Below, piece after piece: positions 1 to 9,986 of a DNA stretch of 64,000 nt; the stretch's first letter is position 1, and each line of letters starts with the position of its first letter. The position numbers were made by a program, and so were the translations under genes. Source of the DNA: an uncultured Gemmatimonadaceae bacterium (GTDB lineage Bacteria > Gemmatimonadota > Gemmatimonadetes > Gemmatimonadales > Gemmatimonadaceae); the NCBI GenBank assembly GCA_963822945.1, contig CAWGJO010000020.1, positions 416,001 through 480,000 on the forward strand. The letters are read 5' to 3'. The notes below the pieces were generated by a model. It saw nothing but the letters and a program-made list of their open reading frames with translations. It was not told the DNA's origin and did no database searches.

Positions 1-445
1 CGTCGCCGTGGCCACGGAGATCCACGACGCGATCGTGGAAGGCGCGCCGGGCGGCATCGAACTCTTCCACGGCTACACGTACTCGGGACACCCGCTGGCC
101 TGCGCGGCCGGACTGGCCACGCTCGACCTGTATGAACGCGAGGGACTGTTCGCGCGAGCCGCGGAGCTGTCGTCGTACTGGGCCGACGCCGTGCACCGGC
201 TCGACGAGAAGCCGCACGTGATCGACGTGCGGAACATCGGACTGGTGGGCGCCGTGGAACTGGAGCCCCGCGACGGCGCGCCCGGCGCGCGGGCGCTCGA
301 CGTATTCCTGCACTGCTTCGAGCATGGAGTGCTCGTGCGCATGGCGGGCGATACCATCGCGCTCTCGCCGCCGCTGATCGTGAGCACCGATCAGATCGAC
401 GAGATGATCGAGGCCATGTCGAGCGCGCTGGACGCGCTGCGCTGA
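1..445 (+). CDS. Class III (omega-amino acid/beta-alanine:pyruvate) aminotransferase, 5'-truncated by window
   Basis: ELFHGYTYSGHPLACAAGLATL, IDVRNIGLVGAVEL and GDTIALSPPLI motifs. Confidence 0.85.
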   Translation, partial: VAVATEIHDAIVEGAPGGIELFHGYTYSGHPLACAAGLATLDLYEREGLFARAAELSSYWADAVHRLDEKPHVIDVRNIGLVGAVELEPRDGAPGARALDVFLHCFEHGVLVRMAGDTIALSPPLIVSTDQIDEMIEAMSSALDALR

Positions 446-484
446 ACCGACGGACCCGCCGCCCCGCCGCGAATCTCTTCCACC

Positions 485-1105
485 GTGACCCTCAACTCGC
501 CGCGCGAGGCACTCGCGCACCTGCGCCGCGTCGATCCCGTCATGGCGGGCGTCATTCGCAAGGTCGGCCCCTACCGGCTGCAGATCCGCCGGGGGAACTC
601 ACACTTCCACTACCTGGTGCGGGCCATCGTCTTTCAGCAGCTTTCGGGAAAGGCGGCGGGCACCATTCACGCACGCTTCTGCGCACTGTTTCCCCGCCGC
701 CACGTGGACCCTGAACGGCTGCTGGCGCTCTCAGATGAGTCGCTGCGCTCGGTGGGGCTCTCGCGTCAGAAAATGAGCTACCTCCGCGATCTGGCGGAGA
801 AGGTGCACACCGGGGCCGTGCCGCTCCACCGCGTGCGGCACATGAGCGACGACGCGATCATCGACCACCTGGTGCAGGTGAAGGGTGTGGGCCGCTGGAC
901 GGCGCAGATGTTCCTGATGTTCCGCCTCGGCCGCCCCGACGTACTGCCCGAGTTGGATCTCGGGATCCAGAACGGCGTGCAGCGGGCATATGGATTGCGC
1001 CGGCGCGCCACCCCGAAGGACGTCCAGCGCATCGGGAAGGTGTGGACCCCGTACAGTTCGATTGCCTGTTGGTACCTGTGGCGGTACGTCGACGACGCCG
1101 GTTGA
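485..1105 (+). CDS. DNA-3-methyladenine glycosylase, AlkA/HhH-GPD family
   Basis: AIVFQQLSGKAA, HhH motif VKGVGRWTAQM, PELDLGI, PYSSIACWYLW. Confidence 0.9.
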   Translation: MTLNSPREALAHLRRVDPVMAGVIRKVGPYRLQIRRGNSHFHYLVRAIVFQQLSGKAAGTIHARFCALFPRRHVDPERLLALSDESLRSVGLSRQKMSYLRDLAEKVHTGAVPLHRVRHMSDDAIIDHLVQVKGVGRWTAQMFLMFRLGRPDVLPELDLGIQNGVQRAYGLRRRATPKDVQRIGKVWTPYSSIACWYLWRYVDDAG

Positions 1106-1192
1106 AGGCGCATCGCGCGCCGCGCTAGGTTCTCGACGACGCTTCTTCCCCGGAGTCCCCTCGTCATGCCCCCCGCCATTCGCTCATCCGGC

Positions 1193-2511
1193 ATGCAGCG
1201 CCGCGCGGCGCTGCGCTCCATCGTCGCGGTCGTCGCCGCGGCCGCGGCACTCGCGCTCTCGGCCGCACCGGTCCGCGCGCAAGTCATCCCCGCCGAACGG
1301 AAGATCCGCGCCTTCGTGCACCAGCACCACGAAGACGAGATCGCCATGCTCCAGCGCGCGGTGGACATCAACAGCGGCACGATGAATTTCGCCGGCGTGC
1401 GCGAGGTCGGCCGGGTGTTCGCCGCCGCGCTCGACTCGCTCGGCTTCGAGACGCACTGGGTCGAGCTGCCTGACTCCGTGAACCGCGCCGGACATCTGGT
1501 GGCCGTGCACAAGGGCAGGCCGGGCGGCAAACGCCTTCTGCTCATCGGCCACTTCGATACGGTGTTCGAAGGGGAGGGACAGCAGTTCGTCCGCGAAGAC
1601 ACCATCGCTCAGCGGCGCCGGCACCAGCGACATGAAGGGAGGCGACGTCGTTCTCGTCTACGCGCTCAAGGCGCTCCGCGACGTCGGCCGCCTCGACGAT
1701 GCCAACATCATCGTCGTGTTCAACGGCGACGAGGAGGCGCCGGGGCTCCCACTCAGTATCTCGCGGCAGGCGCTGCGGGACGCGGCGGCGCAGAGCGACA
1801 TCGCCCTGGCGTTCGAGGCGGGGACGCAGTCCCTGGCGTCGGTGTCGCGCCGGGGCGCCAGCTCCTGGCTGCTCACGGTGCAGGCCCGGCAGTCACACTC
1901 TGCCGGCGTGTTCAGTCGAGGCGCCGGCTACGGCGCCATCTACGAGACCGCGCGCATCCTCGACACCTTCCGGCGCGAACTGGCCGGCCAGCCCGATCTC
2001 ACCTTCAATCCCGGCGTCATTCTCGGCGGCACGCACGTCACCTACGACACCGCCCACCTGGCGGGGAGCGCGGACGGGAAGACGAACATCATCGCCCCCA
2101 CGGCGGTGGTGCCGGGCGATCTCCGGTTCATCACCGAAGGGCAGAAGGACAGCGCGCGCGCCCGCATGCGCAGCATCGTCGCCGACCACCTGCCCGGCAC
2201 GACCGCCGAGATCACCTTCGAGGACGGCTATCCGGCGATGCCCATGACCCCGGGCGGCGAGCACCTGATCGCGCGTGTACGACTCCACCAGCCAGGCCCT
2301 CGGCTACGGCCCCGTGTACGCGCGCAGGATCCGAGCCTCGCGCGGCGCCGGCGACGTGTCGTTCGTGGCGCCCTACATCCCGGGCATGGACGGCCTGGGC
2401 GCCCTCGGCCGCGGTGCCCACACGCCGCGTGAGATGGTGGACCTGAATTCGCTCACGATGCAGACGGAGCGCGCCGCGGCCCTGATGGAGAGACTCCTGG
2501 CTGAGAAGTGA
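1193..2511 (+). pseudogene. Secreted M20/M25/M40 metallopeptidase (carboxypeptidase G2-like), frameshifted near 1609, 2274, 2320 and 2340; pseudogene or sequencing errors
   Basis: Signal peptide and LIGHFDTVF in one frame; DMKGG, GDEE and SHSAG in a second; RGAGDVSF and GAHTPRE in a third. Confidence 0.8.
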
Positions 2512-2571
2512 ACGCTGAAACGTGAAGGGCGAGGAAGCGAGTCTACGCCCTCCTCACCCTTCACCGTTCAC
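2508..2571. repeat. GTGAAGG-type heptamer repeats with inverted copies (hairpin between convergent genes)
   Basis: gtgaacg ctgaaac gtgaagg gcgagga ... tcctcac ccttcac cgttcac. Confidence 0.7.
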
Positions 2572-2574
2572 CGC

Positions 2575-3051
2575 TCAGGCCGTCTGCGTCGGCAGCGGCC
2601 CCAGGAACCCCTTGGGCAGTTCGGCCATCGCGTCGCGGTGCGCGAACACCACGTCGGGGTGACGCTGGAGCATCTCCAGGTAGCGCGCCGCGAACGTCGT
2701 CTTGGGCGGCACCGGCGTGAGCAGCCCGCGCATCTGCGCCAGCAACGACGCGGTGACCTCACTGGCCACCGGCGTATTCTCCTGCTCCGCAGCATCCAGC
2801 GCCTCGTCGATCTGCACGATCAACTGCGAGGCGGGACGCAGCCACTCGAACGACGGCTCGTGCAGCACCGCCTGCAGATACGCGTTGGGCGTGAGGCGGC
2901 CGCGCGAGCGCTCCAACTCCACCCGCTCCATTTCGAGCAGCAAGCGGTGCACGCGCAGCAACCCCTGCCTCGCGGCCTTCAGGGTATTCGTGGTCAGGTC
3001 GCCGGCAGCAAGGCCGGCGGGCGTTTCAATGGGTTGCATCGGCTCCTCCAC
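2575..3051 (-). CDS. Hypothetical helical protein
   Basis: 158 aa ORF with protein-like composition (LLRVHRLLLEMER, FEWLRPASQLIVQIDE). Confidence 0.7.
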   Translation of the reverse strand: MEEPMQPIETPAGLAAGDLTTNTLKAARQGLLRVHRLLLEMERVELERSRGRLTPNAYLQAVLHEPSFEWLRPASQLIVQIDEALDAAEQENTPVASEVTASLLAQMRGLLTPVPPKTTFAARYLEMLQRHPDVVFAHRDAMAELPKGFLGPLPTQTA

Positions 3052-3160
3052 TTCTGAAGTTAGCCGCGAGGGGAAGGGCGGATGGGCGAAACGGACGATC
3101 CCCTGGGATACTGACGAACCGAGGGAACGGATGTCAGTGATCCGAACCCGTGAGGCACCG

Positions 3161-3188
3161 AAAAGCCCCCGGCGATCGCCGGGGGCTG
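3161..3188 (-). terminator. Intrinsic terminator after thiolase
   Basis: agcccccgg-cgatcg-ccgggggct hairpin followed by T run on minus strand. Confidence 0.6.
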
Positions 3189-3240
3189 GCCGAAGACGGC
3201 CGGCTGCTGAGACCCGCGCGGCCGCCCCGCCCGGGGTGCC

Positions 3241-4410
<1,170 letters not shown>

Positions 4411-4422
4411 GAGTCATCCCTC

Positions 4423-6705
4423 TCAGTTGCGGAGCGGTTTGCCGGTCTTGAGCATGTGCGCGATGCGCTCCTGCGTTTCCTTGGTACCGAGCAGGCGAAG
4501 GAAGGCGTCGCGCTCCAGATCGAGCACGTCGTCCTCGGTCACCGTGCGCGCCGGCCCGTCGCCGCCGCAGAGCACCCGGGCGATCTCGAGCGCCATCCGG
4601 ACGTCGTGGTCGCTCGCCTGTCCTGCTTCGTGCATGGCCCACGCGGCGTAATGCAGGTTCCCCATGCCGGCACTCCCCACCGCCTCGATGGTGCGCAGCG
4701 GCGGCGCGACGTAGTCGGGGGCCAGGTCGAGCACCCGGCGCTTGGCATCGGCCAGCAGAAAGTCGCGGTTCATGGAGATCCGATCGCGGTCGCGCAGGAA
4801 GCCGAGGTTGCGCGCCTCGAGCGCGCTCGTGCTCACGGTCGCCATGGCGATGGTCTTGAAAGCGCGCTTCGGCGCCTCGAAGGGATCGGCCTCGTCGTAC
4901 GGCGCCAGATCGCCCGCGAACCGGAAGAGCAGCTCCTTGGTCCCGCCGCCGCCGGGCAGCAGGCCCACGCCCACCTCCACCAGCCCCATGTACAACTCGG
5001 CGTGCGCCTGGATGGCGTCGGCGTGCAAGGACCACTCGCATCCGCCGCCGAGGGTCAGGCCGAACGGCGCCGCCACCACCGGAAAGGGCGCCGAGCGGAC
5101 GGACATCGAGCAGCCCTGGAAAAGCAGCACCGCTTCCTCGAGCCGCTTCCAGTCGCCGGCCTGCGCCAGCGACGCCACCATGCCGAGGTCGGCGCCGGCC
5201 GTGAACGTCCGCGGATCGTCGTTCCCGATCACGAGTCCCGCCAGCCCGTCGCGTTCCACGATTTCCAGCGACTTCATGAGCATCGTGAGCACACCCTCGC
5301 CCAGCGAGTTCATCTTGCTGTGGAACTCGAGCACGGCCACACCGTCGCCGGCATGCCAGAGCGACGCATCGGCCGACTCGGCCAGCGCCCGTCCCGAACG
5401 GCGCAGCGTATCGATGCGCAACAGCCCTTCGGGCTCCTGCACCGGTTCGTACCCCGTCCAGTCCAGCGACGCCGCTCGGGTGCCGTCACGCCCGTAGAAA
5501 CCCTCCTGCATGGCCTTCGGGCGGAGTGCCGCGGCCTCGGGCAGCGCATCGCCCAGCAGATCGAGCTGCTTGAACGGACCCGCTTCCCACGCGAACCCCC
5601 ACTCCATGGCGTGGTCCACGTCTGGCAGTCGGTACGCGATCTTCGGCGCCGTTTCGATCACATAGTGCGACAACCGCGTCAGATACTCGCGTGCGAACTT
5701 GCCATAGGTGCCGTCGAGCGCGACGGCAGCCTTGAGCCGGTCGCCGAGTGGAAGCTTGAGCGCTTTCCCGATGGCCGCCGCCTGGGGTTTGGCCGCGGCC
5801 GCGTACGCCATGGTCTTCCAGTTCAACGTCTGGATTTCCTTACCCACCTTCTTGTAGAAGCCGGCCCCGGTCTTTTCGCCCAACTGGCCGTTCTTCACCA
5901 TCGCGCCGACCCAGTCGGGCAGCGTGAAGTCCTCGCCGGTCGCCGTGGCCAGCCCGGCCGCCACGTGGGAGAGCACGTCGAGCCCCGTGAGGTCGGCCGT
6001 GCGGAAGGTGGCCGACTTGGCCCGCCCGAGCAGAGGCCCGGTGAGCACGTCCACCTCGTCGATGGTGAGATCGAACTCCTCCATCATGCGAAGCGCCAGC
6101 ACCATGCCGAACACGCCAAGGCGGTTGGCCACGAAGCCTGGCACGTCGCGCGCGGTGACGATGCCCTTGCCTAGAATCCGCTCGCTGAAGGCCCGGGCGC
6201 CGGCAATGGTGTCGGCCGCCGTGTGCGAGGTGGGAATGATCTCGAGCAGATGCAGGTAGCGCGGTGGATTGAAGAAGTGCATCCCGAGAAAGCGCTGCTT
6301 GAAGGCGTCGGTCCGCCCTTCGGTAAGCAGCGCCATGGGGATGCCCGAGGTGTTCGACGCGATGATCGCGTGCGGCGGCAGGATCCGTTCGAGCTTCGCG
6401 TAGAGAGCGCGCTTGGGTTCCAACTGCTCGATGATCGCCTCGATGACGAGGTCGCAATCGGCCAGGCCCCCGAGGTCGTCAGTGGTGTTTCCCACCTCGA
6501 TCAGCGCCGCGCGCGCGGGATCCATGAACGCGGCCGGCCTTGCCTTGCGGGCCCGTTCGAGCCCCTTCCTGGCCGGCGCATTCGGGTCGTCGGCCGGCCC
6601 CGCGATGTCGAGCAGCGCCACCGGTATGCCGGCCGACGCGGCCAGTGCGGCAATGCTATGTCCCATCGTCCCGGCGCCGATGACGCCAAGCCGTCGAATC
6701 CGCAT
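4423..6705 (-). CDS. 3-hydroxyacyl-CoA dehydrogenase / enoyl-CoA hydratase (FadN-type)
   Basis: GVIGAGTMG Rossmann motif, SNTSG, HFFNPPRYL, C-terminal crotonase LGGGCE; GGAGG upstream of ATG 6705. Confidence 0.92.
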   Translation of the reverse strand: MRIRRLGVIGAGTMGHSIAALAASAGIPVALLDIAGPADDPNAPARKGLERARKARPAAFMDPARAALIEVGNTTDDLGGLADCDLVIEAIIEQLEPKRALYAKLERILPPHAIIASNTSGIPMALLTEGRTDAFKQRFLGMHFFNPPRYLHLLEIIPTSHTAADTIAGARAFSERILGKGIVTARDVPGFVANRLGVFGMVLALRMMEEFDLTIDEVDVLTGPLLGRAKSATFRTADLTGLDVLSHVAAGLATATGEDFTLPDWVGAMVKNGQLGEKTGAGFYKKVGKEIQTLNWKTMAYAAAAKPQAAAIGKALKLPLGDRLKAAVALDGTYGKFAREYLTRLSHYVIETAPKIAYRLPDVDHAMEWGFAWEAGPFKQLDLLGDALPEAAALRPKAMQEGFYGRDGTRAASLDWTGYEPVQEPEGLLRIDTLRRSGRALAESADASLWHAGDGVAVLEFHSKMNSLGEGVLTMLMKSLEIVERDGLAGLVIGNDDPRTFTAGADLGMVASLAQAGDWKRLEEAVLLFQGCSMSVRSAPFPVVAAPFGLTLGGGCEWSLHADAIQAHAELYMGLVEVGVGLLPGGGGTKELLFRFAGDLAPYDEADPFEAPKRAFKTIAMATVSTSALEARNLGFLRDRDRISMNRDFLLADAKRRVLDLAPDYVAPPLRTIEAVGSAGMGNLHYAAWAMHEAGQASDHDVRMALEIARVLCGGDGPARTVTEDDVLDLERDAFLRLLGTKETQERIAHMLKTGKPLRN

Positions 6706-6955
6706 CCTGCTCCTCCGGAATTGTGCAGTAGCCGGCGCGTTCGGCGCCGGATTCGAGTAATACCGCATTGGAGGGGCTGGGGGCAGTGGGAATGCCTCCG
6801 GGTGTTTACTCGGAAGACCCCCGACTGCCGGCCGCCAGGAAGGTCCGCAAAGAGCGACCCATGGTTGCAACTCTTTGCGTAGTTCGTCAGCGGTAACGGA
6901 TGTCACAACACTGCGTAAACGGTTTCCCTATAATCTGATACGGAACACGAGCTGG

Positions 6956-6972
6956 TTGGTTCGATTCGTGCA
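6956..6972 (+). promoter_or_regulatory. Candidate sigma54 -24/-12 promoter of pilin cassette
   Basis: TTGG-TTCGATTCGT-GCA (GG-N10-GC); a perfect TATAAT also lies at 6929-6934. Confidence 0.45.
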
Positions 6973-6985
6973 ATAGAGGCCCGGC

Positions 6986-7474
6986 ATGTCACGCTCCCAG
7001 CAGGCTGCATCACCATCCCTTCGAGGCCGGTTCCAGCGCTTCGGCTTCACAATCATCGAGATGCTCGCGGTCCTCGTGATCATGGGACTGCTCGTGGGGA
7101 TCTCGATTGGCCGAATCAGCGCCACGATCACGCAGCAACGCCTGAACCGCGCGGCCATCGCCTTGAGCGGTGACCTGGAGTCGGCGTTCTCGTTGGCTCA
7201 ACGCGACCGCAAGCCGGTCACGATCTCGTTCAACACGGGCACCATGGAGTTGAGTATCGCCGACGCCGCGTCGGGCACGGTGTTCCGCAAGACGTCGCTG
7301 GGCAATTTCGACCTGAAGGCGTCGAACGTCACGCTCTCGCGAACGTCGCTGAACGTCTACCCCGCCGGCCTGGCCGACGATTCGCTCTCCATCACTCTCT
7401 CGGCCACGCTCGGCAACACCACGTACTCGCACCGGGTGCGGATGACGCGTGGCGGACTCGTGCAGGTCAAATGA
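6986..7474 (+). CDS. Minor type IV pilin, FimT/FimU/GspH-like
   Basis: Prepilin site G|FTIIEML plus hydrophobic helix. Confidence 0.85.
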   Translation: MSRSQQAASPSLRGRFQRFGFTIIEMLAVLVIMGLLVGISIGRISATITQQRLNRAAIALSGDLESAFSLAQRDRKPVTISFNTGTMELSIADAASGTVFRKTSLGNFDLKASNVTLSRTSLNVYPAGLADDSLSITLSATLGNTTYSHRVRMTRGGLVQVK

Positions 7475-7890
7475 TGCGCTCTTCTCGCCGCCCGCCACGC
7501 GGGCACGCCCGGGCCGGCGTATCGCTCATCGAGATCATGATCGCGATGAGCATGCTGGCCATCGTGCTGGTGACCATCGCCCAGCTCTCGCTCACCGTGG
7601 CCCGGACGGGCCGGAGCAACGATCTCGTCGCCCGCCGCACCGCCGTGCTGCAGCAACAGGCGGCCCGGCTCGGCGCCATTCCCTACACGACGCTCGATTC
7701 GCTTGCCAGCGGCACCTCGACGATCACCGTCGGCGGCGTGGCGTACAAGCGACGGCTCTCTCTCACGCAGGGCACCAATCGGATCACGGTGAAGGTGGTG
7801 ATCGCGCCGGTGTCGGATTCGACGAAGAAGGACTCCCTGGTGTTCGACCACGCCTACGGGTCCGGTTCTCCCCTCTGTTCCGGGTGTTGA
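7471..7890 (+). CDS. Minor pilin, PilV/GspI-like
   Basis: G|VSLIEIMIAM; overlaps upstream stop codon. Confidence 0.82.
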   Translation: MMRSSRRPPRGHARAGVSLIEIMIAMSMLAIVLVTIAQLSLTVARTGRSNDLVARRTAVLQQQAARLGAIPYTTLDSLASGTSTITVGGVAYKRRLSLTQGTNRITVKVVIAPVSDSTKKDSLVFDHAYGSGSPLCSGC

Positions 7891-7892
7891 TC

Positions 7893-8774
7893 ATGAAACG
7901 CACGAGCATCCGCCGCGCCGGGTTCACCCTCACGGAAGTGCTGATCGCCGTGGTAATCATCGGGATCATCGGCGCCGCGTTCACGCGATTGATCATCGCG
8001 CAGTCGCGCTTCTTCACCCGCGAATATGGAGCGCGCAGCGCTCGCGCCGTGGCGCGTAACTCCATGAATCTCATGCTGTCCGATCTCCGCATGGTGCAGG
8101 ACTCCGGGGGCGTGGATTCGGTATCGAGCGACGGACGGACGGTCCGGGTAATCGTTCCTTACGCCTACGGGATGGCCTGCGGCAACTCGCTGACCGCCAC
8201 GGTCGTGAGCCTCCTGCCGGTGGACAGCAGCGTGCTCAAGCTTGCGACGTACGGCGGCTACGCGTGGCGCAACCCCTCCGGCGGGCGCTACACCATCGTG
8301 ACGCCTCCCCTGCCCCAGGGGGCGAACAAGGTTCAGGCGTCGACCTATCCGGACCTGTGCACCGACCACGACAAGGCCAACATCTCCACGCTCCACATCA
8401 ACGGGCGATCCGGCCAGATCGTCGATCTCACGCCGCTGGCGGTGGGCGCCGCCGCCTACGATCCGGTCTTTCTCTGGCAGAAGATCACCTATTCGTTCGA
8501 CACCTCCGCGTCGTTCCCGGGCCTCTATGGGCTGTACCGCAACGTGTCCGGGGGACAGCGCGAGGAGATTCTGGCCCCATTCACGTCCTCCGCGCGGTTC
8601 AAGTTCTACGTGCCCAACCAGGACACGTCGCAGACCACCGTTCCCGCGCTCTCGAGCATCCGCGGACTGGACATCCTGCTCTACGGCGTGAGCCCGAAGC
8701 CCGCCAACGACGGGACCCGCGCATCCACGACGTTCACCACCGCCGTGTTCTTCAAGAACACGCGCGGTTTCTGA
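7893..8774 (+). CDS. Minor pilin, PilW/GspJ-like
   Basis: MKRTSIRRAG|FTLTEVLIAV. Confidence 0.82.
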   Translation: MKRTSIRRAGFTLTEVLIAVVIIGIIGAAFTRLIIAQSRFFTREYGARSARAVARNSMNLMLSDLRMVQDSGGVDSVSSDGRTVRVIVPYAYGMACGNSLTATVVSLLPVDSSVLKLATYGGYAWRNPSGGRYTIVTPPLPQGANKVQASTYPDLCTDHDKANISTLHINGRSGQIVDLTPLAVGAAAYDPVFLWQKITYSFDTSASFPGLYGLYRNVSGGQREEILAPFTSSARFKFYVPNQDTSQTTVPALSSIRGLDILLYGVSPKPANDGTRASTTFTTAVFFKNTRGF

Positions 8775-8785
8775 GGACCCCACCG

Positions 8786-9901
8786 ATGTCACGTCTCTCC
8801 AATCGCAAGGGGTTCGCGCTCCCCATGGCCGTGCTGGTGATCGCCGTGATCACGGCGGCACTCGCCGCGGCGTTCATGACCACCACGGCGGAGATCGCGA
8901 CCAACCAGGCGCAGAAGGGCACCGAGCGAGCGTTCGCGATCGCCCAGAACGGCCTCGAACAGTTCCTGGTGCGTCGCAGCGAGGCCGGGTGGTGCCAGTA
9001 CTGCGGCTCGCCGCCGGCCACGACGGCCGAGTCCACGAAGGTGGCGTCGAACGGCGGCTACGCCTGGGTCGTGTCGCGCCAGGTGCACCCGTCGTCGGGC
9101 ACGTCCGACCCGGCCCGCTACTTCATCACGTCCACGGGTGTCGACACCACCACGAAGATGTCGGGCGCCGGGAGTACGATGTATGCCACGCGCACCGTCG
9201 GCATCTACGCCAAGTGGAACATCAACACCGTGAACGTGCTGTCGGGATGGACCAGCCTCTCGGGCATTCACAAGAACGGAACGGCCGGCGTGATCAGCGG
9301 CGTCGACCAGTGCGGCGCGGACACGACACTCGCCGGCGTCACCGTCCCGTCGGGCGGATGGAGTTCGAATGGTAGCTTCTCCCCGACGGGAAACCCGCCC
9401 ATCGACTCCAACCAGACCCAGTCCGAGCTCGCATCGCAGACCAAGATCGACTGGCAGGCCGTACTCAATGGCGCCATCCAGCCCGATGTCGAGATCCCCC
9501 CGGGCAGCTTTCCCAGCAATGCCCAGTTCGCCGACACGAGCTACTGGCCCGTCATCCGCATCCACACGAACGGGTACTCCCTCCCTCGCGCCGGCCGCGG
9601 CATCATCATCGCCGACAGCGACTTCGTGATCAACGGCAGCAACATGTGGAATGGGATCCTCCTGGTCGGCGGGGCACTCACGTCCAACGGAAACAACACG
9701 ACCGCCGGCGCCACGATCAGCGGCCTCAACGTACTGCTGGGTGGAGCGGCGGGCGCCGGTGTGGTTACCGTCGACACGTCCATGGCTCAGGGACAGAAGA
9801 GCTACGTCTACAACAGTTGCAACGTCGCGCGCGCCTCGAAGGGCCTGCAGTCGTACCTCGCCTACCCCAACACCTGGGTCGACAACATCGCGATCTACTG
9901 A
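8786..9901 (+). CDS. Minor pilin, PilX/GspK-like, with beta-rich C-terminal domain
   Basis: RKG|FALPMAVLVI lacking Glu5; RAFAIAQNGLE PilX-N-type motif. Confidence 0.8.
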   Translation: MSRLSNRKGFALPMAVLVIAVITAALAAAFMTTTAEIATNQAQKGTERAFAIAQNGLEQFLVRRSEAGWCQYCGSPPATTAESTKVASNGGYAWVVSRQVHPSSGTSDPARYFITSTGVDTTTKMSGAGSTMYATRTVGIYAKWNINTVNVLSGWTSLSGIHKNGTAGVISGVDQCGADTTLAGVTVPSGGWSSNGSFSPTGNPPIDSNQTQSELASQTKIDWQAVLNGAIQPDVEIPPGSFPSNAQFADTSYWPVIRIHTNGYSLPRAGRGIIIADSDFVINGSNMWNGILLVGGALTSNGNNTTAGATISGLNVLLGGAAGAGVVTVDTSMAQGQKSYVYNSCNVARASKGLQSYLAYPNTWVDNIAIY

Positions 9902-9917
9902 TCCCGGTCGGCAGCAC

Positions 9918-9959
9918 ACAACGAGCCGTCCGCAGTCTTCACTGCGGACGGCTCGTTGT
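9918..9959. terminator. Bidirectional terminator hairpin
   Basis: Perfect 19-bp stem acaacgagccgtccgcagt / actgcggacggctcgttgt between convergent genes. Confidence 0.75.
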
Positions 9960-9986
9960 TGGCCACCTGCTGACTACCGCGGGTCG

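Noticed and set aside
6840..6900. Possible c-di-GMP riboswitch before pilin genes
   Set aside because: Only a GCAAA-containing hairpin; the two-stem GEMM architecture is not evident; an Rfam scan would settle it
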